From Scenedesmus sp. PABB004 (lineage: Eukaryota): DNA of 29,045 nt. The stretch is from assembly GCA_014905635.1 (NCBI GenBank), contig JABVCE010000010.1, forward strand, positions 1,240,001-1,269,045, read 5' to 3'. Position 1 is the stretch's first letter. Every line of letters starts with the position of its first letter. Shown piece by piece: positions 1-11,776 of this stretch. The notes under the pieces were generated by a model. It did no database searches, was not told the origin of the DNA, and saw nothing but the letters and a program-made list of their open reading frames with translations. A program made the position numbers and the translations under genes.

Positions 1-131
1 CGCGCGTCGCCCGCATGAGGGCTGCTGTTCACGCCGGGCCGACCGGACGCGGCAGTCAGCGCGGGGAAATGCCGGTCCTGCAGCTCAGCGGCGGCGCGCG
101 CCCTGCTGCTGCTCACTGAGCAAGCGCCGCC

Positions 132-3100
132 ATGGCCCTCGGCCCCGCAGTATGGCTGTGCCTGGCCGCGGCGGCCGCGGCCCTGGCGCCGGCCGCAGCG
201 GTGCGGGTCGGGGAGCAGCGCGGAAGGGCGCCCGCAGGGCGCCCGCCGAGCAGCGCTCGCGCCGCGCCCGCGCCCGCGCGGCGATCAGCCCTGGCAGGCT
301 GCCCGACGTCGCCGCGCCGGGGCGCGCGCGTTGCTCTCGGAGTCACCGCGGCCGCCGCTGCTCCGCCGCAGGGCGTCGCGCCGTCGCTCATCGGCGCCGA
401 CGGCCCGGAGCTGACGCAGGTGGGTCGACGGCGGCAGCACCGGCGGCGGAGGCCCGCTGCCGCGCACGCGCGCCCGCCGCGCGACGCTCGTGCCGCCCGC
501 GCCGCGCAGGTCGCGGCCGCGCAGGCGCTCGGCCTCTCGGGCGCGGGCGTGCGCGTGTGCGTGGTGGACGACGCCGTCGACATCACCCACGCAGCATTCG
601 GCGGCTGCGCGGCCGCGGGCGACCCCGCGCCCTGCCGCGTGTTCTATTCGTACGACGCCTTCTCGCCCGGCGCCCCCGAGCGGGTGCGGCGCGCCGCCGG
701 CACGCGCAGGGCTGCGCGGCTGCTGCTGCTGCTGCTGCGGCGGCGGCGGCCGCGGCCTCGCGGAGGACCCGGCTCACGCGGCCGGCCCGCGGCCCGCGCG
801 CGCCCCCCGCCCGCGCGCGCAGCCGCCGGCGGCGTCGGTGGGGCACGGCACGCACGTGGCCGGCATCGCCGCGGGGCAGTTCCCGGTGCAGCTGCTCGAC
901 GCCGACGGCGTGCCGCTGCCCGGCCAGCGCGGCGTCGCGTATGGCGCCAGCCTCGGGGCGTTCAAGGTGCGGCGCGGCGCGGCGCTGCCCGTGGGGCCGT
1001 GCGCGGCCGGCGCCCCCGCCGGCCCGCCATGCGCGCGCGCCGGCCCCCGCCCGCCGCGCCCGCGCCCGCGCGTGCTGCCGCCGCGCCCTGCCCTCTAAAC
1101 CCCTGAACCGCCGCAGATCGGGAACGACCGCTTCGGCAACATGGATGACCCGGAGGTCGAGTGGCGCGCGCTGGCCGTGGCGCGGCGCGCCAAGTGTGAC
1201 GTCATTAACATGTCATACGGCTCCCAGCTCGGTGCGCCGCGCCGGCGGCGACGGACGGCGGCGCGTGTGGGGGCGGCCGGCGGCGCGCGCGGCGCTGGAC
1301 GCGGCGGCGCCGGCCGCGCCCAGGCTCTTTCCTCCGCCCGCCCGCGCGCCGGCCGCCGCCGCCCGCCGCCGCCGCCCGCCCACGTCCCCGCCCTCGCCCG
1401 CGCAGCATCGCCGTTCTCCGAGCAGTGGCAGCCGTACGCCGAGCTGGTCAAGGCAGGGGTGTCGGTCGTGGCGGCAGGCGGGAACGACGGCGTCGAGAAC
1501 GGCGCGCGCGGGCTGTTCACCACGGCGGGCCTGCCCGACGGCCTGCCGGGCATCATCTCGGTCGCGCCGGTCATGTCGGCGGCGACGCCCGGCAGCCTGC
1601 TGGCGCTCAGCGCGCCGGTCGACACGCCCGCGGGGCGGCGCGACACGCTGGGTGCGGCGCGGGGCGCGCGGCGCGCGGGCAGGGCAGGGGCGCGCGGCGC
1701 GGCGCGGTGCGCTCACGCCGCGGCCGCGCGCACGCTGCAGTGGCGATCAACCGCGCCGACACCGACGCGCTCACCAACTGCAGCGACGGGCGGGCGGGCT
1801 GCCGCCCGCTCGTGCTGCCCGCGCCGCTCGTGCTGCTGCGCACGCGGCCGACACTCGACCGCACCGGCTGCTTCCCGCCGGTGGTCGTGACCAACACCTC
1901 GGCGCCGCGCGGCAAGGTCGTGGTCGTGCAGGTGACTCGCCGCGCCGCGCCGCGCCGCGCACGCTCCCCGCCTCGACGCCGGCCGCTCAGCCCCTGACCT
2001 CCTCAGGGAGCCCTGAGCCCCGCTAAACCCTGCACGCGCCCCCTGCACGCGCCCAGGTCACGCAGGAGTGCTACCTGATGTACGTGGAGCACATCATCGA
2101 CAAGGAGGAGCTCTGGGCAGGCGAGCGGGCACCACGCTGTTATTCCTTGCCTGCTATGCCATGTCACTGTCACTCTCTGTTTGTTTGCCGGCCGCCGCTC
2201 GACGCGGCGCCGGGCGCTGCGCCGCGCCTCACATGGCGCGCCGCCGCGGCCCCGCAGGCGTGCTGGCGCTGCAGCCGCGCCTCGTGCTGATGGTTTTTCC
2301 GAGCGACGAGCTCGCGGCCGAGGCGTCCGAGGTGGATGTCAAGAACCGCCAGGCGAGGCGGCGCGGCCGCGGGGGCGCCGCCGCGCCCGCCGCGCCTGCC
2401 GCCCACACTCATGCCTCCCTCACGCTTCCCTCACGCGTGCCCTCCCCACCCCCAGGTGCCCGTGCTCTTCCTTCGCTCCGACGACGGCGCCGCGCTCGCC
2501 GCCGCGCTCGCGGCCGACCCGGGCGGCCGCCTCGCGCTCGCGGGCCTGCCCGGCGCGATTGAGGCGCCGCTCTCGCCCGACGTCGCGGGCCAGCCGGCCG
2601 TGTACGGCAGCCTCGGCCCCGCGGCGGACCTCTCGGTGAAGCCCAACATCGCCGCGCCAGGTGCGGGGCGGTTTTGTGACCTCGCAGGGCTCAGGGCTTG
2701 GGAACTGGCAGGGCTCAGGGGTTGTGGAGCACGGCCGCCTGCGCCGGCCGCCGCCGGCTCAGCCGCCGCCCCCTCCAGCCCTGCCCTGTCCCGCCTCCCT
2801 CCTTCAGCCAACCTCTACAGCTCCCTGCCCGGGTCGCGCTACCAAGTTTGGTCGGGGTGCGCCCGGGGGCGCGGCGAGGGGCGCGCGGGCGCGTCGGCGC
2901 GCCGCCTGCGCCTCGCGCGCTCACTCTCCAAGCTAGAGCGCGCCGGCCTGCCCGTCTCCCTCCCTCCCCTGCTCTCTCTCTCTCTCTCTCTCTCCCTCTC
3001 TCTCTCTCATACGCCGCGACGCCCGCCCGCCCCCTGCCCATCCTCAACCCTAAACCCTCGCCGTAACCGTCTCGCAGCACCTCCATGGCGTCGCCGTACG

Positions 3101-4446
3101 TCACCGGCGTGGTCGCGCTGTACCGCGAGGCGGCCGCGCGGCGCGGCGGCGCGTCCGCGTCCCCGCCGCCCGGCGGCTGGCCGGCGGCGGTCGCGGCGGC
3201 GCTCAAGAACACGGCGCGGCCGATGCGCTACCGCGACACGGCGCGCTTCTATCCCCCCGCGGTCGTGGGGTCGGGGCTGGTGCAGGCGCTCGCCGCGGCG
3301 ACGACGCGCGTGTCGGTCGCGCCCGCCGAGCTCGCGCTGCGCACGGGCGTGGCGGCGCAGGCGCTGTCGCTCGAGCTGTCCAACGACGGCGACGCCGACG
3401 TGACGTTTGTGGTGGGCCACGCGCCCGCGGTGGGGCTGAGCCTCGTGCGCGCGTGGTACGGTCAGCTCTACGACGAGGCCGCGCCGAGCGCGGCGCTCGA
3501 CGCGCCGCCGCGCGTGACCGTGCCCGCGCGCGGCGACGCGACGCTGGCGCTGCGGCTGTCGCTGCCGCCGGCGCTGCGCGCGGGGCACAGCATCGTGTCG
3601 GGCTACGTCACGCTCACGCCCGAGGGCTCAGGCGGCGCCGGCGGCGACGGCGCTGGCCCGGCCCAGCCGCCGCTTGCGGTCGCGTATCAGGGCGCCAGCA
3701 GGGACTACAGCAGTTTCACCGGCGCCGGCGCCCTCGCGCTCTTTGCGCCGCCGATGCCGGAGCTCGACGCGGTGCTCGCGGGCCAGCTCGCGGGGCGGCC
3801 GCCCGTGCACGTGTGCGACGCCGCGCGCGACCCGGGGGCGTGCTGGTTCCCCGGCCCGGCCGCGCCAGTGCGCGTGGTCGAGCGCGGCGCGGTCGTGCTC
3901 GCGGCGGCGCTGCTGCGCCCGGTGGCAGACCTCACGGTGCAGGTCTTCTGCGTCTCAGGGCGCTGCCCCGACGCGTCCGGACCGCCGCCCGGCGCCAGCG
4001 CCGGCGGCGGGAGCGGCGCCGGCGCGGGCAGCGGCGCAGCGGGCGGCGCGCGCGCCCCGCGCGAGGGCCGCCGCCCGCGCGCCGACGGCGCGCGGCGCGC
4101 GGCCGCCGCCGCCGCGGGCGCCGGCGGCGCGGCGCCGCCGGCCAACGGTACCTTCCTCGGTGACGTCTCGTTCGGGCCGTGCCGCGCGAGCGCGCCGCTC
4201 GCGGTCTCGCGGCTGTCCGAGGGGCAGTGTGATCTGATGGACAAGTGGCGGGGCGTCTACTTCCCTAGCTATTCGGACACCTCGCCGCTCACGTCGCTCG
4301 CGCCGGGCGCGACGTACCGCCTGCGCCTGCTGCTGACGCCGTTTGTCGCCGCCGGCGACGCCGCGGCGGGGCGGCGGCGCCCGCGGCCGCTCGTGCTCGA
4401 CGTGCCCAACCCGATCGTCGTGCTGCCGCGCCCCGGCGGCGAGTGA
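132..4446 (+). CDS. Secreted subtilisin-like serine protease (peptidase S8) with a PA-like insert and an Fn3-like C-terminal region; about 13 exons
   Basis: Signal peptide MALGPAVWLCLAAAAAALAPAAA. Catalytic motifs: VRVCVVDDAVDITH (Asp), GHGTHVAGIAAG (His), VINMSYG, VVAAGGNDG (oxyanion Asn), KPNIAAP, and WSG|TSMASPYVTG (Ser, split by intron 2857-3077). Exons approx 132-200, 372-419 (uncertain), 510-683, 823-966, 1117-1231, 1406-1651, 1741-1931, 2057-2120, 2258-2352, 2456-2660, 2808-2856, 3078-4446. Confidence 0.9.
2972..3008 (+). repeat. (CT)n microsatellite in a subtilisin intron
   Basis: Direct reading of the sequence. Confidence 0.9.
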
Positions 4447-4549
4447 GCGCGGCGGCGGCGGCGGCGGCGGCGGCGAGGTGGGGGCGGGGCACGGGGGCGT
4501 GCTCGGGCGGAAGAATTGGAGCGAGCGCATGCGCGCGGCCTGCGGCCGC

Positions 4550-4575
4550 CCGCACACAAGCTAGCTTGTGTGCGG
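4550..4575. other. Perfect 26-bp palindrome in the presumed subtilisin 3' UTR
   Basis: CCGCACACAAGCTAGCTTGTGTGCGG. Confidence 0.85.
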
Positions 4576-5264
4576 CACACAAGGCTCTCTGGTGGTGGGC
4601 CGGCTTGAGGGGCGCCATTCCAGCTCAGCTGTGCGACTTCCGCCACCTCTGTTAGGGAGTTCAGGCTTGCTGATCACTGGCTGGCGGCTGCAGTGGGCCT
4701 CTCACAGCACAAACCACACACCCATCGCGCGCGCGCGCGCGCGATTTCATGCGGTGTCATGCGGGGCATTCGAAAACACGGCGACCACGGGGCGCGGCGG
4801 GACGAACGCACGCGGCGGCGGCGCCGCCGCGCACGTTCACGCGTGCGCGTGTGCTGCGCGCGCGGGCTGGCCGCCTGGCTGGCGCGCGCGCGGCAGGGCC
4901 GACTGCTCGGGTGGGGGCAGAAAGGTACTTGTCGTTGAGCTTGTGTTGCAAGCTGGGTGTAGAGCTGGGCTGGGCTGCAACGAGACGGGGGTGGCGGCAG
5001 CGGCGCGGGCGCACTAGGTCTTGAGTCGAAGCCCTCGCGCGTGCCGCCGCGACGCCTGGCGCGCCCCGGCATGCGACCCAGCGCGGCCCGCACATCCCGA
5101 GACCTGCCGCGCGCCCGCACACGCCGGCCTGGCGCACAGGGCTCGCGAGCAGCAGCGAGAGGTGCCGGCCTCGACACACCGCCAACGCGCCGACGGCCGC
5201 CGCCCGTGCAGCGTACAGTCGCGGCTCTTGCCCAGCGCTTGATCGGGGCAGGCGGGCGGCAGCG

Positions 5265-7200
5265 ATGCAGGCGGCCGGCGTGGCGGCGCGGTTGCGCGCC
5301 GTCTGCCTCTGCCGCGCGCTCTGCTCTGGCAGCTGGGCGGGCGATCTGGCGCACGTCGGAGGCCCGCGGCCGGGCGCCGGCGGCAGCGGCGGCGGCAGCG
5401 GCGGCGGCGGCGGCAGCGGCGCGCGGCTGCAGCAGCAGCGGCGCGCGGCGACGCTGCGCGACCGCCATCGGCCCGCCCAGCTGCCACTGCCGCGTCTTGA
5501 GGGACTGTGGCCGGCGCAGCAGCGCCACGCGGCGCTCCTGGGCGGCGGCGCCAGCGTGGGAGCGGCGCTGCTGCAGCCGGCGTGGGCGCTCGACTCTGTT
5601 CTTTCGCGCCGCGCGGCCTCCTACCACGCGGCGCGCGCGACGGGTGCGGCGCCCGCGCGGCGCCGCCGCGCCGCGACCTGCGCCGCGCGCGCTCACGCTG
5701 CCGCGCCCCTGCGCCGCCGCCCCGTCGGGCCGCCACAGAGTACAAGATGGAGAGCCTCCTATACTTTGATTCCTGCTGGCGGCGCTTCGAGGAGCGCTAC
5801 GGCGCGGTGCGCCGCCGGCGGCACAGAGCAGAGCAGAGCGCGCGGCAGAGGCAGGCGGCCGCGGCGCCGGCGGCGGCCGCGGCGGCGCCGAGTGCCGGCG
5901 CCGCAACGGCCGCGGCCGCGCCGCGCCCATGCCGCAGGAGTTTCGCGTGCCGCGGGAGATCGTGTGGCTCAACGGCGCGCCCGGCTCGGGCAAGGTGCGG
6001 CGGCGGCGGCGGTCGTGTCGCCCCCGCGCGGGCGGGCGCCGCAGAGCCTGTGCGCCGTTGCGCCGGCGCGCGGCAGCCGAGCCCGCCCCCGAGCCCGCCC
6101 CCCGCGGCGGCCGCCGCCCCGCCGCCGCCGCGGCGCGCAGGGCGTGAACACGCAGCACATCCTCAAGACGCGCGGCCTCACCAAGCACCTCACCATCTCG
6201 GGACTGCTGGTGCGCCGCCGCGCCGGCTCCGGCGCCCGGCAGCAGCCCCGCCCTCCCGCGCGCCGCGCGCGTCGCAGCGGCCGCCGCCGCCGCAGGGGCC
6301 GCCGCGGCCGCCTCGCGCGCCGCGACCCACCGCGGCGCGCCCCCGCCCCGCCGCCCGTCCGCCCGCGCGCTTGCAGGAGAGTTACCCCGAGGCGCGGCGG
6401 CTCGTGGACGCGGGCGAGATGGTGCCAGACCAGGCGCGGCGGCCGCGGCTGCTGCCGCGCCCGCGGCGCGCGCCGCCGGGGCCCCTCCGCGCCCGGGCGG
6501 CACGCCTCGGCGGCGGCAGCAGCGGGGTGCAGCCGCGCACGCGCCGCATGATGGTCCCGTCGGCGGTGAAGCACACCACCATCACCGCCAGTCTCGACGC
6601 CCGCCGCGCCGCCGCGCCACCACGCCGCCGCGCCGCCGGCGCCGCCTGGGGTGGCTCGCAGATGGTGGGGGATCTGCTGCTCGAGGCGCTGCTGCTGGAC
6701 GAGCCGGGGCTGCAGGACGACCTGGGCTTTGTGGTCGACGGCTTCCCACGCACCGCGACGCAGGCGCGTGGGCGCGGCCTGCACGGGCGCGCGCGCGGGA
6801 CACACACACGCCGCCGCCCTGCAGCCCCGGCGCGCCCGCGCGCCTGGCGGGGCGCGCGCGGGTGGGTGGGGTGCCGGCGCGCTGTGTTTGACCATCCCAC
6901 ACATGGTCAAACGAGCTGGTCAAAGGTGTGACCCGCCCGCCCGCCCGCCGCCGCCCCGCCCCCGCCGCCTGGCTATCAACCTAGGTTGACTTCCTGAAGC
7001 TGCTCTTTGACAAGCTCTCCGAGCTGCACCAGCGCCACGCCGACACGCCCGAGGCCATCGCCTTCCCGCGGCCCTCGTTCAAGGCGCGGCACAGGGCGCA
7101 GACGCTGGGCGGCGCCGCGCCCGCCGGCAAGCGCGCGCGGGGGCTTTAGAGTGCCGTGCTGTCGCCCCGCTCCGTCCGCTGTGCTTCGTGCCCCCCCCCC

Positions 7201-7288
<88 letters not shown>

Positions 7289-9550
7289 ACACTCACACAC
7301 CACAGGTGGTCATCCTGTACGTCGACGAGGAGACGAGCATACGGCGCCAGCTGCAGCGCGCGCGCGTCGCCAACCTGCACAACCGCCGCGTCCTCGACGC
7401 GGGTGCGCGCCGCGCGGGCCCAGGGCTTAGGGTTTAAACCCTACGTGGCGCGGCACCCGCCCGCCTGCCGCCCGCCCGCCAGCGCCTTGCCTCGGCCGAC
7501 CTGTGCAGCGCGGCGCGGCGCCCGCCTTCGCCTGCAAACAACGCCCGCCCGCGGCGCCGACCCCGCCCCGCACCCGCCCCGCCCCGCGCCCGCCCCGCCG
7601 CGCCCCGCCGCGTCCCGCCCCGCCCCGCCCCGCCGCGCAGGCGCGGGCCACTTTTACGAGGAGCGCAGCACCGACACCGACATCGACAAGTGCCGCAAGC
7701 GCTACGCGATATTCAAAACACACTACGCCGCGACGTGCGCGGCGCGCCCGCACGCGCGCGCCGCGCCCCGCGGCGGCGGCGGCGGGGGGCTCGGGGCTCG
7801 GGGCGCGCCGCGCTGCGCCGCGCTGCTGGCCCGCACGGGCCGCGGCCGGCGCGAGAGCGCGCGCCTGCCCGCCCGCTCACCCGCCGCTCACCCGCAACGC
7901 TTGCCCCACACACATGCACACGGTGCACTGCTGCTGCCTGTGTACCCAGGCTGCGCCTCAAGCAGTTCTTCCCCTTCACGCTCATCGACGCGATGGGCAG
8001 CCTCGAGGAGACGCGGCAGCAGATCACCAAGGAGCTGCGGTGCGGCCCTCTGCCGCCGCCGCGCCCGCCGCGCCGCCGCCCGCCGCTGCCGCCGCCCGCC
8101 GCTGCCGCGCGCCCTGCCGCCCCGCCGCGCCCACACCACGCGCACTCCACGCACCGCCCCTGCCCGCCATCTGTCCACGCCGCCGCCCACGCCACCCACG
8201 CCCCCCGCCCCCCCCAAACCCTAAACCCTGAACCCTAAACCCTAAACCCCCCAACTAGATACCAGAGCAGCCTCGACCTGAGCACGAGCACGTACGAGCT
8301 CATCCGCCACCTCCCGCTCGCCAAGGACGTCGTGCTCAGCGCGCGGCAGGAGCTGGTCATGCGCCTCGACGGCTACGCGGAGGCGAGCTTCGACCTCTTC
8401 GTCGAGGTGGGGGCGCCTGTGTGCTGCTGCGTGAGTGTGTGTGGGTGTGTGTGTGCACAGGGGGGCCTGTGCGTGGGCCTGTGCGTGTTGCTGTGTGTGT
8501 GTGGGGGGGGGGGGCAGGGAGCTGTGGACTGTTCGTTCGAGGAGCGCGCGTGTGCGTGACAGCAGGGCTGGGCTGGTTGTCTGTCGGTGGGTGCGTCTAG
8601 ACGCGGTTTACTTGCGTGGGCGGCGCCGCGCCTGCACGCGTCGTGTGCGCGCGCGCCGCCCCGCCCGCGCCCCGCCCTGCCGGCCGCCCAGCACCCCGCC
8701 GCCGCGCGCCGCCCGCCGACTGCCACCGACTGCCGCGCGCGTCGCGTCTGCGTCGCCAGGTGGTGGACCGCATCATCAACGACGTGCTGCCGGTCGTGCG
8801 GCAGAGCGGGCTCGCGGGGCACGCCGAGTACGTGACGCGCAGCCCCTTCTTCACCGACCACCCGGTCGCGATCGACATGCTGGTCGACGTCCTCACAGAC
8901 AGGCGCGGCGGGGCGGGCAGGGGGGAGGGGGGGGGGGGGGCGCTGGCGCGGGGTGGTGGGCGGGGCGGCGGCGTGGCGGGCGGCGCGGCGGCGAGCGCGC
9001 GGGAACGCGGCGGGTGCGGGGCCTCCCTTGACACGCCGCGCGCCGCGGGGCTTGCGCGGGGCGTGGCGCAGGGGGTTCCACGTGTGCTACATTCGCGAGG
9101 ACACGGCGGTGCCCGAGGCGGTGGACCTGGCGACCGGCGCGGTGCGGTCGAGCCTGCGGCCGTGCCACAAGTTCCGCATCTCCTTTGACGCGCGGGGGCC
9201 GCGCGACGAGATGAAGGTGCGTGTGGGGGGCTTAGGGCTTGAGACGGGAGCTTAGGGTTCACGGGGCGCTGGCGGCGCCGCCGGCGACCCCGACCGACCG
9301 ACCGACCGACCGCGCCGCCCCTCCCCCCGCCCCCGCCCGCGCCCCGCCCGCCTCGCGACGCGTGCGTCGCTGCCGGGCTCAGGCCATGGAGATCGCGGCG
9401 CGCATGGCAGAGTCGAGCGCGACGCTGCAGCGCGACGTGCGCATCAGCCACAGCGTCATCCCAGAGGCCTTCCTCGACGGCGGCGCCGAGGACGACGACG
9501 ACGCGCCGCGCGCCGGCGGCGGCCGCGTCGCGGGGTTTATGGGCTCCTGA
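5265..9550 (+). CDS. Adenylate kinase-like (NMP kinase) protein with a long C-terminal extension and a probable organelle transit peptide; 14 exons
   Basis: P-loop WLNGAPGSGK|G, GEMVPD and GFVVDGFPRT motifs. Frame-consistent exons: 5265-5643, 5739-5806, 5938-5994, 6141-6209, 6377-6433, 6662-6763, 6985-7083, 7306-7402, 7641-7734, 7950-8039, 8259-8406, 8760-8902, 9072-9216, 9383-9550. The start codon is less certain than the rest. Confidence 0.88.
7204..7304 (+). repeat. (CA)n microsatellite abutting the acceptor at 7305
   Basis: Direct reading of the sequence. Confidence 0.95.
8216..8249 (+). repeat. Interstitial plant-type telomeric repeat, (AAACCCT) x5, just before the intron acceptor at 8258
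   Basis: AAACCCT AAACCCT GAACCCT AAACCCT AAACCC. Confidence 0.85.
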
Positions 9551-10408
9551 GCCCTGGGGGCCCTGGTCTGCGTGTGTGGCGCGTGGGCCGCTGACCCGCC
9601 GTGGCGGCGTGGCGGCGCGTGGGCGTGGGCGAAGGCTTTGGTGCCGGCGGGGGGCGGGGATGCGGCAGGGGGCGGTGCGGCGCGCGGCCGCGGCCGCGCG
9701 CGCCCCGGGCCCTGGCGGAGCAGCAGCAGCTTTCTTCTCATGCCCCCATTGTCTTTTGCGGGACGCCCCGCGTTGTTTTTTGTCGCGCGCGGGCAGGGCC
9801 TGCCGCCAGGCCCGCCCCCAGGGTGTGGTTAGCCATTCTTTGCGCATGCCAAGCGGCAGCGGAGGCCTGGGCAGCGGCAGCTGCAGCTGCGCAGCAGCAC
9901 CAGCACTGTGGGTGCTGTGCGCACCTACACACCATCAAAAGCCTCTCTGCTGCCTCTGGACAACTTGCAAGCTGCTGCTGTGAACGGCGAGCCGAGGCAG
10001 GCAGGCAGGACGCGCCGCCGGCCGGCGCCGCCGGCAGTCACAGCGCGGCCGGCCACTGCGGTGGCCGCCGCGACGCGCGCTCGGCGCTCGTGCGGCCCCC
10101 AGACGCTCCAGCGCGCCGCGCCGCTGCGCGGGGAGCTCGACGGGCCCACGGGGAGCACAGCTCCCACGTGGGGCACGCGCGTTTCACGTGCAGTAGGCGG
10201 GCCAACCGGCCGAGATGTGTTAGACTGTTTGCCCGCGTTTGAGCTGCGCGCGGCGCGCACATAAAGCCGCAGCGCCCCACGCACTGCCCACAGGTAGTAC
10301 AGCGAGTACGTTGGCAGCCGCATCGACCGGCCTAGCCCCCCGCGCCGCCCGCGAGCCAGCCCGCCCGCCAGCCGCGCCCCGACTCGCAGCGAGGCCCAGC
10401 AGCTCGCC

Positions 10409-11040
10409 ATGGCTTCGTGTACGCTCAACGCGGTCGCCATTGCGGCGCTGATGCTGCTGGGTGAGCGAGCGCGCAGCTCGCGCGCTTGATGGCGGGCGGG
10501 AAACGGGCGCCCCGGGTTGCCCGCACCGGCACCAGGGGAGGGCGAAAGCGCACCTGCAGCTAAACCTGAGCAGACCCTTGTTTTTTGACGTGGCGCGCGG
10601 CCGCCGCGGCGCTCCGGCGCCTGTTCAGGGCCCCCCGCGCGCGTTGGTCTCGCCTCGTTTGACCCCGCCGCCGCCACCGCCGCCGCCGCCGCCGCCGCCT
10701 GCAGCCGCCGGCGCCGCGCGCGCGCAGGGCGCGGACAAGTGGGGCCGGGCCAAGCAGTGGACGCCCGGGCTGCACCGTGAGACGCAGGCCAACGCGTACA
10801 GCTCGGCCAAGGGCCAGAACCCGGGCGGCCCTGGTGACGCGTTCACCTACTACAACACCGAGTCCTCCTCCACCAGCAACTACAACGGCGTCTACTACAA
10901 CACCGGCGACGGCAAAACGGTCGAGGCGGGCGACAAGGCCAAGGGTGGCTGGGCGGGCGCGTACAACAAGAACGACCCCGACTTTGGCACGACCTACGCC
11001 ATCGCGGGTGAGTTAACTCAACCCGGCACGCCCGCCCGCC

Positions 11041-11083
<43 letters not shown>

Positions 11084-11776
11084 GGGCGGCCGCGCCCGCG
11101 CCCGCGCCTGCCGCCGCCACCTGCACACCCGCCCGCTCACCCCCGCCCCGCCGCCGCCGCCGCCGCGCCCGCCGCGTCGCCGCAGCCAACTTTGACCCCG
11201 AGTACGCGACGCAGCAGGGCACGCAGTCGATCTCGGGCACCTACGAGGGCGCGCGCGCGGTCGCGGGGTCGGGGTCGATGTTTGGCGCCGCGCACGGCGC
11301 GGCCGTGACCAACACCATCGACGCGTACGGCCCGACGCCCTTTGAGCCCATCACGCGCGGCCCCGCCTCGTCCGTGGCGTCGGGGCCCGACGGCCTGCGC
11401 GTGCGCAGCTTCACCAACATCGCCCCCAAGTCGGCCGCGCAGAGCGGCATCGGCTCCGGCCCCGCCGCCATCGCGAGCGGTGAGAGGCCGCGCGGCCGCG
11501 CCGCGCGCGCCGGCTGGGGCAACCCCCCGTGCCGCGCCCCGCCCCGCCCTCGGCCGCGCGCGCCCGCTGACCACCGGCTGCCGCTGCCGCGCCGCCGCGT
11601 CCCGCGCAGCCTGGGAGGTGTCGGCCGCCGCGCGCGCCGGCCGCGACAAGGCGACGCCGCCGGTGACCGTCGGCAGCCGCGAGGCCGGCGACGCCTACCA
11701 GGACAAGGCTGGCCTCGGCCGCCGCTTCGCCAAGCTGCGCCACCGCCGCGCGCTGCTGCTGCGCGGCGCGCACTGA
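10409..11776 (+). CDS. Secreted Gly/Ala/Ser/Thr/Tyr/Asn-rich protein of unknown family, 271 aa; 4 exons
   Basis: Signal peptide MASCTLNAVAIAALMLLAAGAARA. Exons 10409-10460, 10705-11007, 11186-11479, 11610-11776 are joined by three phase-1 GTGAG...CAG introns. Strong GC3 codon bias; ends ...KAGLGRRFAKLRHRRALLLRGAH*. Confidence 0.8.
11041..11082 (+). repeat. (CGCA)n tetranucleotide repeat in an intron
   Basis: Direct reading of the sequence. Confidence 0.9.

Noticed and set aside
6548..6600. Intronic C/D box snoRNA
   Set aside because: ATGATGG is an imperfect C box, and there is no suitably placed CTGA D box or terminal stem.
8216..8249. True chromosome end or telomere fusion
   Set aside because: Only five units, inside an intron of an intact gene.
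9551..10408. Chlorophyte TGTAA polyadenylation signal
   Set aside because: No exact TGTAA was seen here, only variants such as TGTGAA and TGCAA, so no site can be assigned.
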